From: Candidatus Dadabacteria bacterium
GTDB lineage: Bacteria; Desulfobacterota_D; UBA1144; Nemesobacterales; Nemesobacteraceae
DNA length: 64,000 bases
Reading direction: 5' to 3'
Assembly: GCA_022819805.1 (NCBI GenBank)
Contig: JAJEGO010000065.1
Location: 4,794-68,793, forward strand
The notes beneath the pieces are model-generated. The model was not told the origin of the DNA and searched no databases. It saw only the letters and a list, made by a program, of their open reading frames with translations. Below, piece after piece: positions 39,376-48,574 of the stretch. The translations under genes were made by a program, and so were the position numbers. The stretch's first letter is position 1; each line of letters begins with the position of its first letter.

Positions 39376-41502
39376 GTGCCGAAAAATTTTCTTAAAGGAC
39401 TTAACTCTTCCCAGACTGAAGCCGTAACTCACGGAGAAGGTCCCCTACTGGTGCTTGCGGGTACGGGTACAGGAAAAACTAAAATTCTAGCTCACCGGAT
39501 CGCCTACCTGATAAACGATCTTTCTATTCCTCCAAGAAACATCTTGGCCGTGACCTTTACAAATAAGGCGGCCGCGGAAATGAAAAAAAGAGCAGAAGAA
39601 CTGGCAGGTGATCAGATAAGCGGTATCTGGGTTGGTACCTTTCACTCAATCTGTCTTCGGATTCTTAATATGGAAGTAAATTCTCTTGAGGGTTACACAA
39701 GGGGTTTCGTCGTCTACGACCAAGCCGATCAGCTTGGCCTCCTGAAAAGTTGCATGAAGGAGCTTGACTACGGGGAAACTCTTTTTTCGCTCAACGGCGT
39801 ATTCTCAGAATTTGACGCCATCGAGAACAGAGGGGACGTGTTTTTCAAGGACGATTTTTACGGTCGCGCACTTAGGGAGCTTTATGATTTCTACAAGGAC
39901 GAGCTTGTGAAGCGAAACGCCATGACGTTTAACGACCTACTTCTGCTTGCAAACAGGCTTCTTTCTGAAGATGAAGAGGTTTGTGCCCGCTGCCAAGGCA
40001 GGTTTTCTCACGTGCTTGTCGACGAGTATCAGGATACTAATGTTTCTCAGTACCGTTTCGTAAAGACCCTATCGCAGTGCCACCAAAACCTTTTTGCGCT
40101 GGGTGACGACAGCCAGTCGATTTACGGATGGAGAGGAGCCGACATAAACAATATCCTCAACTTCGAGAGTGACTTTCCTGGAGCAAGGGTAGTTAAACTC
40201 GAACGCAATTACCGCTCAACGACAACCATACTTGGTATTGCGAACTCTGTTGAGAGGAAAAACCTGAGGAGGAAGGAAAAAGCCCTGTGGACCGAAAACC
40301 CCGAGGGAGAGAAGGCAGTGGTATTTAAGGCAGGCGACAGCGCAGATGAGGCGCGGTTCGTGGCGGAGCAGATTTCACGCCTAGTCGGATCCGGGGATTT
40401 TACTTGGGGCGACATAGCGATTTTCTACAGGGCTAACTTTCAGTCAAGGGTAATCGAACAGGGATTCAGTGCCGGGAAGATTCCCTACAAGATAGTGTCT
40501 GGTGTAGGGTTTTATCAGAGGGCCGAGGTAAAGGACGTAGTTGCCTACCTGCGGCTGATTCAGAACCCAAGAGATGACCTGAGCTTTGAGAGAATAGTGA
40601 ATATTCCGCCAAGAAAAATAGGGAAAGTCACACTACAAAAGCTACGTGAAATTTCAAAAAGCGGCGGATTTACTCTTCTGGAAGCAATTAAATACTCCCA
40701 AGAGCAGAAGCTTTTGCCTACGCGATCACTTGGTGCCCTTTCCCGGTTTCTGGATATGATGGAGGAGCTTCGTTCAGAGGCGGAAAATCAGCCGACGGTG
40801 CGCGTGATTGATATTCTTCTCGAACGTATCGGCTACATGGATCACATAGGAGAGGATCTCCAAAGGGCGGAAAATATCAAGGAGCTTTTGGCTGCGGCCA
40901 AGGACTCGGAGGATGAAAACCTCTCTTATTTTCTTGATTCTGTACCGCTTGCAACTGACGAGGACAGGGCGGATTCCGAAAACAAAGAAGTCTCCCTCAT
41001 GACGATTCATGCGGCCAAGGGACTTGAGTTTCCCGTGGTGTTCGTGGTCGGGGTAAACGAGGGCTTGCTTCCGCACCAAAGATCCGCATCCACATTGGAG
41101 GGGCTTGAGGAAGAAAGGAGGCTTTTCTATGTAGCGATTACCCGAGCCGAGCGCTTGCTTTACCTCAGTTACGCTTCCCTAAAGGCCGCTTCGGGTGGCA
41201 CGTACAGTACTCGCAGGTCGGTTTTTCTGGACGACCTTCCTCCGGAACATGTCGTCTACGAATCCCGCAAGAAAGAAATTTCTGGCCAGGATTCTGACCG
41301 CTTTTCCGACTCGTCCTCAAAGACACAGGACGAGTCTAGGGGTGAAGGCCAAAGACTAAGACCCGGACAGAGGGTTACCCACTACATCTTTGGTCCCGGG
41401 GTCGTTAAGCGGATTGAGGGTAAGGGGGATGAGGCAGTGGTCACGGTTGATTTTTTCGGTTCCGAGGTGAAGAAAATCCTCGCGAGTTTTCTTTCCGCCT
41501 AG
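39376..41502 (+). CDS. uvrD: ATP-dependent DNA helicase UvrD/PcrA family
   Basis: Walker A AGTGTGKT, motifs through VDEYQDTN, and a C-terminal Tudor-like tail. The start was re-set to GTG 39376; the ORF-track start at 39274 would run through the tRNA. Confidence 0.85.
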   Translation: MPKNFLKGLNSSQTEAVTHGEGPLLVLAGTGTGKTKILAHRIAYLINDLSIPPRNILAVTFTNKAAAEMKKRAEELAGDQISGIWVGTFHSICLRILNMEVNSLEGYTRGFVVYDQADQLGLLKSCMKELDYGETLFSLNGVFSEFDAIENRGDVFFKDDFYGRALRELYDFYKDELVKRNAMTFNDLLLLANRLLSEDEEVCARCQGRFSHVLVDEYQDTNVSQYRFVKTLSQCHQNLFALGDDSQSIYGWRGADINNILNFESDFPGARVVKLERNYRSTTTILGIANSVERKNLRRKEKALWTENPEGEKAVVFKAGDSADEARFVAEQISRLVGSGDFTWGDIAIFYRANFQSRVIEQGFSAGKIPYKIVSGVGFYQRAEVKDVVAYLRLIQNPRDDLSFERIVNIPPRKIGKVTLQKLREISKSGGFTLLEAIKYSQEQKLLPTRSLGALSRFLDMMEELRSEAENQPTVRVIDILLERIGYMDHIGEDLQRAENIKELLAAAKDSEDENLSYFLDSVPLATDEDRADSENKEVSLMTIHAAKGLEFPVVFVVGVNEGLLPHQRSASTLEGLEEERRLFYVAITRAERLLYLSYASLKAASGGTYSTRRSVFLDDLPPEHVVYESRKKEISGQDSDRFSDSSSKTQDESRGEGQRLRPGQRVTHYIFGPGVVKRIEGKGDEAVVTVDFFGSEVKKILASFLSA

Positions 41503-42974
41503 GATAGGCAGCTCACGACGAGGCTTTTGGCCCACTCGGGAGAATCCGCCGCGTAGCTCTCACCCCCGGGCTGATCCGAGAAGGGACTCTCGAAGATCCT
41601 TCTTACTTTTTCTATCTCCGAATAGTCCTCCTGCTCAAGAGCCTCCCTTATTGCGGTCTCCATTATATGGTTTCTCAAGACGTACCTTGGATTGACGGAA
41701 TCCATGAGACTCTTTCTCTCGGGGTCGGGAAGCGAATTTTCCCTGAGTTCCCCGGCGTACTCACGGAACCACTGCCGCCATTGATCCGAGGTTTCGGAAA
41801 GTTCCACGAGCCAGGGGTTCTCCCCGAAAGAGCCGTCGCGCCTTACATCCGAGATATTCCGAAGGAAGATATGGTAATCCGTTTTGAATTCGGCGAGCAC
41901 CCCGAGGGTCTTCTCGATGAACCGCAGGGATTCCTTTTTTTCCTTCTCAAAGCCGAACTTACGTAGCATGAGATCTCTGTAGGTTTCGGAGAACGCCTTG
42001 TTGTAGATGTCAATCGTGTCGCGGGCTTCTTTTTCGTCCACGAGGCTTTCTAGGCACGTTGCGAATTTCTCAAGGTTCCACCGGGCGATCGCGGGCTGGT
42101 TCCCGTAGCTGTACCTGCCGAAGTGGTCCGAGTGGTTTGATACATGATCCCTGTCAAACGTTTCTAGAAATCCGTACGGTCCGTAATCAAGGGTGAGGCC
42201 TGTTACTGACATGTTGTCGGTGTTCATCACTCCGTGAGTAAAGCCGAAAGCCTGCCACTTTGCGATCGTGGCAGCTGTTCTCTCAGCCACTGCGCGAAGA
42301 AAAAGCCCGTAGCCTTCCTTTGCTCCGCTCGGAATATCGGGGTAGTGGCGGGCGATTACGTAATCCGCAAGCGTCCGGACGCTCTCCTCCTCCCCCCGGT
42401 GATAAAAGCCTTCGAAAGAACCGAAACGCACGTGGGTTTCCGCGACCCGCAGCATCATCGCGGCGGGTTCCCTGGTTTCCCTGTCGATTCTCTCGGTGCC
42501 TCCCACCACGCAGAGCGCCCTTGTGGACGGAATACCCAGATGATGGAGAGCCTCGCTTCCTAGGTATTCCCTTATGGAGGACCTGAGAGTTGCCCTTCCG
42601 TCAAAGCCTCTTGAAAATCTTGTGGCTCCGCACCCCTTTAGGTGAAGATCCCATCTGCGGTTCCGTTCGTCGATTATCTGCCCGAGCAGAAGTGCCCTTC
42701 CGTCTCCAAGATGTGGATTGTAGACCCCGAACTGCCACCCGGCGTAGTACATTGCGAGGGGGTCTGCGCCCGAAAGCGGCTTTTTCCCGCAGAGATACTC
42801 GGCCAGAAGAGGATTTTGTTTTTCGCCGGGGTCTATGCCGAGTTCGTCGGCTAGGTTTTCATTGAACGCAACCACGTGGGGGTTCTCAAAGGGGAGAGGG
42901 TCTTTTTTCTGGTAGAACTCTGACGGCAGTTCCGCGTAGGCGTTTTCAAAGCGAAGATCCGTTATTTTTCTCAT
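41499..42974 (-). CDS. selO: protein adenylyltransferase SelO (YdiU/UPF0061 family)
   Basis: 491 aa with the characteristic N-terminus LRFENAYAELPSEFY and a kinase-like fold. Confidence 0.8.
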   Translation of the reverse strand: MRKITDLRFENAYAELPSEFYQKKDPLPFENPHVVAFNENLADELGIDPGEKQNPLLAEYLCGKKPLSGADPLAMYYAGWQFGVYNPHLGDGRALLLGQIIDERNRRWDLHLKGCGATRFSRGFDGRATLRSSIREYLGSEALHHLGIPSTRALCVVGGTERIDRETREPAAMMLRVAETHVRFGSFEGFYHRGEEESVRTLADYVIARHYPDIPSGAKEGYGLFLRAVAERTAATIAKWQAFGFTHGVMNTDNMSVTGLTLDYGPYGFLETFDRDHVSNHSDHFGRYSYGNQPAIARWNLEKFATCLESLVDEKEARDTIDIYNKAFSETYRDLMLRKFGFEKEKKESLRFIEKTLGVLAEFKTDYHIFLRNISDVRRDGSFGENPWLVELSETSDQWRQWFREYAGELRENSLPDPERKSLMDSVNPRYVLRNHIMETAIREALEQEDYSEIEKVRRIFESPFSDQPGGESYAADSPEWAKSLVVSCLS

Positions 42975-43104
42975 CTCACAGTGCCCTCTGCGCCTTGTTG
43001 CGCGTTATGCAGGCGGGGGACCAGGCGGCCGGGAAAAAGCTCCGCGCCCAGGTCCGTGTTATGCCTCGACCCTGTAAGGAAGTATAATATTCCCCTAGGA
43101 AATC

Positions 43105-43389
43105 ATGAAATACAGAAAGAACAAAATAAAAACCGAACACTCGATAATAAAGGGACTCCGCCGTTTTCTCGAAGACAACATCTCGGGCCTTGACCATGTG
43201 ACGGGAATCATACCCGGGGAGATAAAGGTGGGCCGCTCCACGGGGGAGAACCTCGCGGTGAGCTACAAGTACAACACCCGAAGCGGAGCCAAGCTCATAG
43301 CGAGAAGCGGAACCTCGGTGCAGGAGGTGTTCATCATCACCAAGAACCCCGAGGGACTGAGAGAGGTTATAGAGCTTTCAGGCAAATGA
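43105..43389 (+). CDS. small conserved hypothetical protein
   Basis: 94 aa with no recognisable motif. It overlaps the dnaE stop by 12 nt. Whether it is coding is uncertain. Confidence 0.35.
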   Translation: MKYRKNKIKTEHSIIKGLRRFLEDNISGLDHVTGIIPGEIKVGRSTGENLAVSYKYNTRSGAKLIARSGTSVQEVFIITKNPEGLREVIELSGK

Positions 43390-46300
43390 ACTTTCCCTGA
43401 GGGTCACCGCTCCTTCCCCGAGCAGGCCCTCAACGTTTTCTATAAGCTCATCCCCTAAGTCGACCTTGCAGTTCCCGACCCTCAAAACGGCCTCCGAGCG
43501 GTCGGTTTTAATGTTTATTATCACGGTTGAGTTCCCTGGGAACTTCTCAAGAATTTCTCTCAGGCCGAGTATGTTCCGCTCGCTTGCGGATTCACGCGCG
43601 ATACTTATGTAGACGGCGGAATTCGTTCTGGTTTCCTTGAGCGAGGAAATGTCGCTTGCGAGAAGACGCACCTTTTCATCCGAGACCTCGACCCTTCCTT
43701 TCACTATTACCGGTTCCACTTTCTGCTCCAGAAGCGCTCGGGATTTCTGCAGGGCATCGTTAAAAACGATCGCTTCTGTGAATCCGTTCAGATCTTCGAG
43801 GGTCAGGTAACCGATAAAGCTGGTTCCCTTCCTGGTGTTTTTGATCTCGATCGATCTCACCACCCCGGCGATTCTCACCTCGGCGCCGTCTTTTGCCTGT
43901 TTTATTGATTCGGTGTCGTGAAGGGGGCTGTATTTTTCAAGCTCAGCGGAGTACTTTCGAAGCGGATGGGATGATATGAAGAACCCGAGCACATCCAGTT
44001 CGTTCTCAAGCCTTGCGCGGTCATCCCATGGCTCGCTCTCCTCAAGCTTCGGGGCGGCCACGGAACTCGGAAGGTCAAACAGCATTCCCTGCCCGTTTGC
44101 CGGTGCATGTTGTTTCATCGCATTGTAGCCCAGCAGCGACTCGCGGGAGGCAAACAGCCGCGCCCTGTTGGGTTCGAGGGAATCGAAAGCCCCTCCCATT
44201 ATCAGGCTTTCAAGGGCCTTTTTGTTGAGTCTTCTCGAATCCACCCTGGCGCAGAAATCGGTAACGGATTCAAACTCCCCGTCTTTTTCCCTGCCTCTGA
44301 CTATCTCCTCGGTCAGGCCGTCCCCGACGTACTTGATCGCCGTGAACCCGAACAGTATTTTCCCTTCTGAAACCGTGAATCCTGAGCAACTGCGGTTTAT
44401 GTCGGGCTGCAGCACGTCAATTCCGAGCTTTCTGCACTCGGTTATCCCTGAGATCACCTTGTCCACGTTGTGGGCTTCTACGGACATGAAGGCCGCCATG
44501 AATTCCGCCGGGTAGTGCGCCTTGAGGTAGGCCGTCTGGTAGGTGATCATGGCGTAGGCGGCGCTGTGGCTCTTGTTAAAGGAGTATTCGGCGAACTTCT
44601 CAAGGGTATCGAAAAGCTCGGCCGCTCTTTTGCGCTCGATGCCTTTTTTCTCCGCTCCCGTGAGAAACCTTTTGCGCTGCGCTCTCATTTCGCTTGATTT
44701 CTTCTTGCCCATGGCCCTTCGCAGAAGATCTGCCTCCCCCATGGTAAAACCCGCAAGTTCGCTTGCCGTCTGCATTATCTGTTCTTGGTAGACGAAAAGG
44801 CCGTATGTTCCTCCCAGTATTTCCCGGAGCGCCGGGTGTGGAAAATCAACTTTATCCCCGTTTTTTCTCCGGGTGAACTCATCCGCCATGCCGCTGTCAA
44901 GGGGGCCGGGACGGTAAAGTGCCAGGGCGGCTGTTATGTCCTCGAATTCCGTGGGTCGCAGCCTCGCGAGAAGATCCTTCATCCCCTGGGATTCAACCTG
45001 GAATATGCCCATGGTCTCGCCTTCGCGGAGCAGGGCGTAAACCTTCGGGTCGTCAAGGGAAACTCTGTCCAGATCGAACTCCTTTCCGTCCTTTCCCCGG
45101 TTTTCCCTGACGTACTTAACCGCCTTATCGAGTATGGTAAGGGTCTTTAGGCCGAGGAAATCGAATTTCACGTAGCCCAGCTTTTCTATTGAACTCATGT
45201 CGAACTGGGTCACGACCTCGTTTTTGCTTCCCTTGTAAAGAGGTATGTAGTCGGCCAGCGGTTCGTTCGATATCACTACGCCCGCCGCGTGGGTTGAGGA
45301 ATGGCGCACCATGTTCTCAAGCGATCTCGCAAGTTCCACCGCTTCGGCAAGCTGCTTGTTCTCGGAAAGACGTTCCTTTATTTCCTTCACCCTGTTTACG
45401 GCTTCCTCTATGCTGAACACCTTTCCCCGGAAAGAGGGGATCATCTTCGAGAGCCGGTCGACTTCTGAGTACGGAAGCCCGAGGATCCTCCCCACGTCCT
45501 TTATCACCGCTTTTGAGGACATGGTCCCGAAGGTGCCGATCTGGGCCACCTTGTCCGCCCCGTACTTCTCCGTGACGTACCTTATCAGCTCGTCCCGGTG
45601 CTCCCCGCAGAAATCGACGTCTATGTCGGGCATGCTCACCCTCTCGGGGTTAAGAAACCTCTCGAAAATAAGGTCGTGCTTTATTGGGTCTATGGCAGTT
45701 ATGCCGAGAGCGTAGGCGACAAGGCTGCCTGCGGCGCTTCCCCGCCCCGGTCCCACGGGGATATCGTTTTTCTTCGCGTGGAATATGAAGTCTGAGACCA
45801 CTAGGAAGTACGCGGAGAACCCCATCTTGCAGATGGTGTCAAGCTCCGAGCGTAGCCGCTCGCGGTAGACCTCGTGGGAATCTTCTGGTATTTCGTTTTC
45901 CTTGAGCATTCTCTCGAGGTTTTTGCCCGAGATCTCGCGCATGAATTCGTCAAGCGATTTCCCCTCGGGAGGGGTGTATTCGGGAAACCTGTACCCGTCG
46001 CTTTTGAATTCGAAGTCGCAGCGCTCGGAAATCCTTACCGCCTCATCAAGAGCGTCCTCAAAACCCTCCATCTCCCGGGCCATCTCCTCCCTCGTCTTAA
46101 CGTAGAAGTCGTCGCTTTGGAACCTCATCCTTTTCTGGTCAGCCACCATGCTTCCGGTCTGGATGCACAAAAGCGCGTCGTGCGACTTGTAATCCTCCTT
46201 GGTGAGAAAATGGCAGTCGTTGGTCGCCGCGAGCTTTATGTCCAGGCGCTCGCCGATTCTTCTGAGTCCCCTGTTGATCCTGCGCTGTTCCTCAAGGCCG

Positions 46301-46827
46301 ATTGCCTGCACTTCAAGGTAGTAGCGGTCCCCGAATATTTCCTTGTAGATCGACGCGATCCTTGTCTGTTCCTTTAGGTCTTTTTTGAAAATGGCTTGGG
46401 AGAGTTCGCTGCTCATGCATCCCGAGAGCACAATCAGTCCCTCGTTGTGCTCAGAGAGCATTTCGTGGTCGACGCGCGGGCGACGGTAGAATCCCTCGAA
46501 GTATCCCTTAGTTACGAGCCTTGAGAGGTTCCTGTATCCCTGCTCGTTCATGCAGAGCACGGTGAGGTGATAGTTTTTCCCGTCAGACGGTTTCTCAAGC
46601 TTGAGCGTGGGGGTTACGTAGAGCTCGCACCCTATTATGGGCTTTACGCCCCCAGCTTTTGCCTTTTCGAAAAACTCGTAGGCGCCGAAGAGATTTCCGT
46701 GGTCGGTGACTGCGACGGCGGGCATGGAGTGGCTCTCGGCTCTTTTGATCAGCTCGTCGAATTTTATCGAGCCGTCAAGGAGCGAGTACTGCGAATGTAG
46801 ATGTAGGTGAACGAAGGAGTCTGCCAT
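43378..46827 (-). CDS. dnaE: DNA polymerase III alpha subunit
   Basis: 1149 aa. The PHP domain HLHLHSQYSLLDG and polymerase core motifs are present. Confidence 0.92.
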   Translation of the reverse strand: MADSFVHLHLHSQYSLLDGSIKFDELIKRAESHSMPAVAVTDHGNLFGAYEFFEKAKAGGVKPIIGCELYVTPTLKLEKPSDGKNYHLTVLCMNEQGYRNLSRLVTKGYFEGFYRRPRVDHEMLSEHNEGLIVLSGCMSSELSQAIFKKDLKEQTRIASIYKEIFGDRYYLEVQAIGLEEQRRINRGLRRIGERLDIKLAATNDCHFLTKEDYKSHDALLCIQTGSMVADQKRMRFQSDDFYVKTREEMAREMEGFEDALDEAVRISERCDFEFKSDGYRFPEYTPPEGKSLDEFMREISGKNLERMLKENEIPEDSHEVYRERLRSELDTICKMGFSAYFLVVSDFIFHAKKNDIPVGPGRGSAAGSLVAYALGITAIDPIKHDLIFERFLNPERVSMPDIDVDFCGEHRDELIRYVTEKYGADKVAQIGTFGTMSSKAVIKDVGRILGLPYSEVDRLSKMIPSFRGKVFSIEEAVNRVKEIKERLSENKQLAEAVELARSLENMVRHSSTHAAGVVISNEPLADYIPLYKGSKNEVVTQFDMSSIEKLGYVKFDFLGLKTLTILDKAVKYVRENRGKDGKEFDLDRVSLDDPKVYALLREGETMGIFQVESQGMKDLLARLRPTEFEDITAALALYRPGPLDSGMADEFTRRKNGDKVDFPHPALREILGGTYGLFVYQEQIMQTASELAGFTMGEADLLRRAMGKKKSSEMRAQRKRFLTGAEKKGIERKRAAELFDTLEKFAEYSFNKSHSAAYAMITYQTAYLKAHYPAEFMAAFMSVEAHNVDKVISGITECRKLGIDVLQPDINRSCSGFTVSEGKILFGFTAIKYVGDGLTEEIVRGREKDGEFESVTDFCARVDSRRLNKKALESLIMGGAFDSLEPNRARLFASRESLLGYNAMKQHAPANGQGMLFDLPSSVAAPKLEESEPWDDRARLENELDVLGFFISSHPLRKYSAELEKYSPLHDTESIKQAKDGAEVRIAGVVRSIEIKNTRKGTSFIGYLTLEDLNGFTEAIVFNDALQKSRALLEQKVEPVIVKGRVEVSDEKVRLLASDISSLKETRTNSAVYISIARESASERNILGLREILEKFPGNSTVIINIKTDRSEAVLRVGNCKVDLGDELIENVEGLLGEGAVTLRESSFA

Positions 46828-46956
46828 CGCGGGTTACAAAATTATACATTTTTCTTCGGTTTCATCCAGTAGTGGAAGAAAGTGACAACCGGGCTTCGAT
46901 CAAGTAAATTTAAAAAGTCTGGTTGCGGACAAAATGGGTGGTTAAATCTTTACGTC

Positions 46957-48492
46957 ATGCACGAGGAAACGGAGTTCAAGCTCTCTCTTTCGCCTTCCGT
47001 GGCGAGTCGGATTCTGCGCTACAAGGGACTCAGGCCCCACCGCAAGGGCCGCCGCGTAAAGCGCCATCTCGTAAGCACCTATTTCGATACTCCCCGCCAT
47101 GCGCTTAGAAAATCCGAGATAGCGCTTCGGGTGCGCGATAACGGCAAGGGAAGGGAGCAGACCGTGAAGGCGCCGTTCCAAGGCCCCGCGGGCCTCCAGA
47201 ATTTCCGTGAGTGGACAGTGCCTGTAAACGGCGACTGCCCGAATCTCCGCGCGGTGGACGATCCCGCGCTCGTGCGCGAGCTCTCCCGCCGGCGTTACGA
47301 AAAGCGCCTGCGTCCGGTGTTCACCACGGACTTTGAGCGTGAAGCGGTTTGCATAAGGACCAATGGCACGGAATTCGAGCTTGCGGTCGATCAGGGGGTG
47401 ATTTGCGCCGAGACGCGCGAGGGGCTCGTCAAGGAACGTATCTGCGAAGCGGAATTCGAACTGCTCTCAGGCGACCCCGCGCACATGTTCGATATAGCGC
47501 TTGAACTCTGCGAGGTTTACGACATACGGCTCGGTCATCTTACCAAGGCGCAGAGGGGCTACGCGCTTGCGAGACCGGCGCTCCGCCCAAGACCCCGCAA
47601 GGCTCCCAAGGTTGTGCTTGCAGAGGAGATGAGTGTGGGAGAGGCGTTTAATTTCATCGTCTCGGGTGCCCTTGAACATATGTTCGCAAACGAGATTCCG
47701 ACCCTTGAGGGAAAGGCCGAGGGAGTGCACCAAACAAGGGTGGCGATGAGACGTGTGCGCGCGGCGCTCCGCGCTTTTAAGAGGATACTTCCCTACGACA
47801 AGAGAAAGGCGTTTAACGGAGAATTCCGCTGGTTCCAGCAGCGACTGGCCCCGGCCCGCGACTGGCAGGTCTTTTTAAGCGAGACGCTCCCCAAAATAGC
47901 GTCCTATGCTCCCGAGCAGGAAGAAGCGATAGAGCGCCTTCGGCGTATCGCCCGTGCAGAGCGGCGCCGTGCCGTCGGGGATGCGGCCGCCTATCTTGAG
48001 AGCCGCCGCTACGCCCGTCTTCTGCTCCAGTTCGAGCGATGGATAGCTTCTGTCGAGAAGGAAGTCGGCTCAAAGGCTTTCAGTCAGCCCGTGAAGCCGT
48101 TTGCGAAAAGTGTGCTTAAGAGAACATGGCGCTATTTTCTCGAAGATACGAGGCCTCTTTCGCGTCTTCCTGACGAGGATCTTCACGAAATAAGAAAACG
48201 CGGGAAAAAGGCCCGCTACGCAACGCAGTTTTTCAACTCGCTCTGGAGCGGCCCCGAGGTTCCGCCCTTTATGAAGCTCATGGGACGCTTCCAGGACAGC
48301 TTGGGAAAGACAAACGACGCGATAGTCGCGCGGCACATCCTGGCGGCGGTCAAGCCCGGGAGGCTTGATCCCTCGGTAATCCGCCTCGCGCAGGAATGGT
48401 CCCAGGCCCGGGTGAAAAAATGCCTTCGTACGGCGCAGCCGCAGTGGAGACGCCTCGGACGGCTTACGCCGTTTTGGAAGGTGGCGGAGTGA
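46957..48492 (+). CDS. CYTH and CHAD domain-containing protein
   Basis: N-terminal CYTH triphosphate-tunnel motif EFKLSL...E.E, then a long helical CHAD region. The start was set at MHEETEFKL. Confidence 0.75.
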   Translation: MHEETEFKLSLSPSVASRILRYKGLRPHRKGRRVKRHLVSTYFDTPRHALRKSEIALRVRDNGKGREQTVKAPFQGPAGLQNFREWTVPVNGDCPNLRAVDDPALVRELSRRRYEKRLRPVFTTDFEREAVCIRTNGTEFELAVDQGVICAETREGLVKERICEAEFELLSGDPAHMFDIALELCEVYDIRLGHLTKAQRGYALARPALRPRPRKAPKVVLAEEMSVGEAFNFIVSGALEHMFANEIPTLEGKAEGVHQTRVAMRRVRAALRAFKRILPYDKRKAFNGEFRWFQQRLAPARDWQVFLSETLPKIASYAPEQEEAIERLRRIARAERRRAVGDAAAYLESRRYARLLLQFERWIASVEKEVGSKAFSQPVKPFAKSVLKRTWRYFLEDTRPLSRLPDEDLHEIRKRGKKARYATQFFNSLWSGPEVPPFMKLMGRFQDSLGKTNDAIVARHILAAVKPGRLDPSVIRLAQEWSQARVKKCLRTAQPQWRRLGRLTPFWKVAE

Positions 48493-48574
48493 GTTCGGCT
48501 TTTCACGTGCCGGGCAATTATGTAAACTCACGGGCTGTGGGTGTTAAGACGCAGCATGTTACGCCCTCGGGAGG

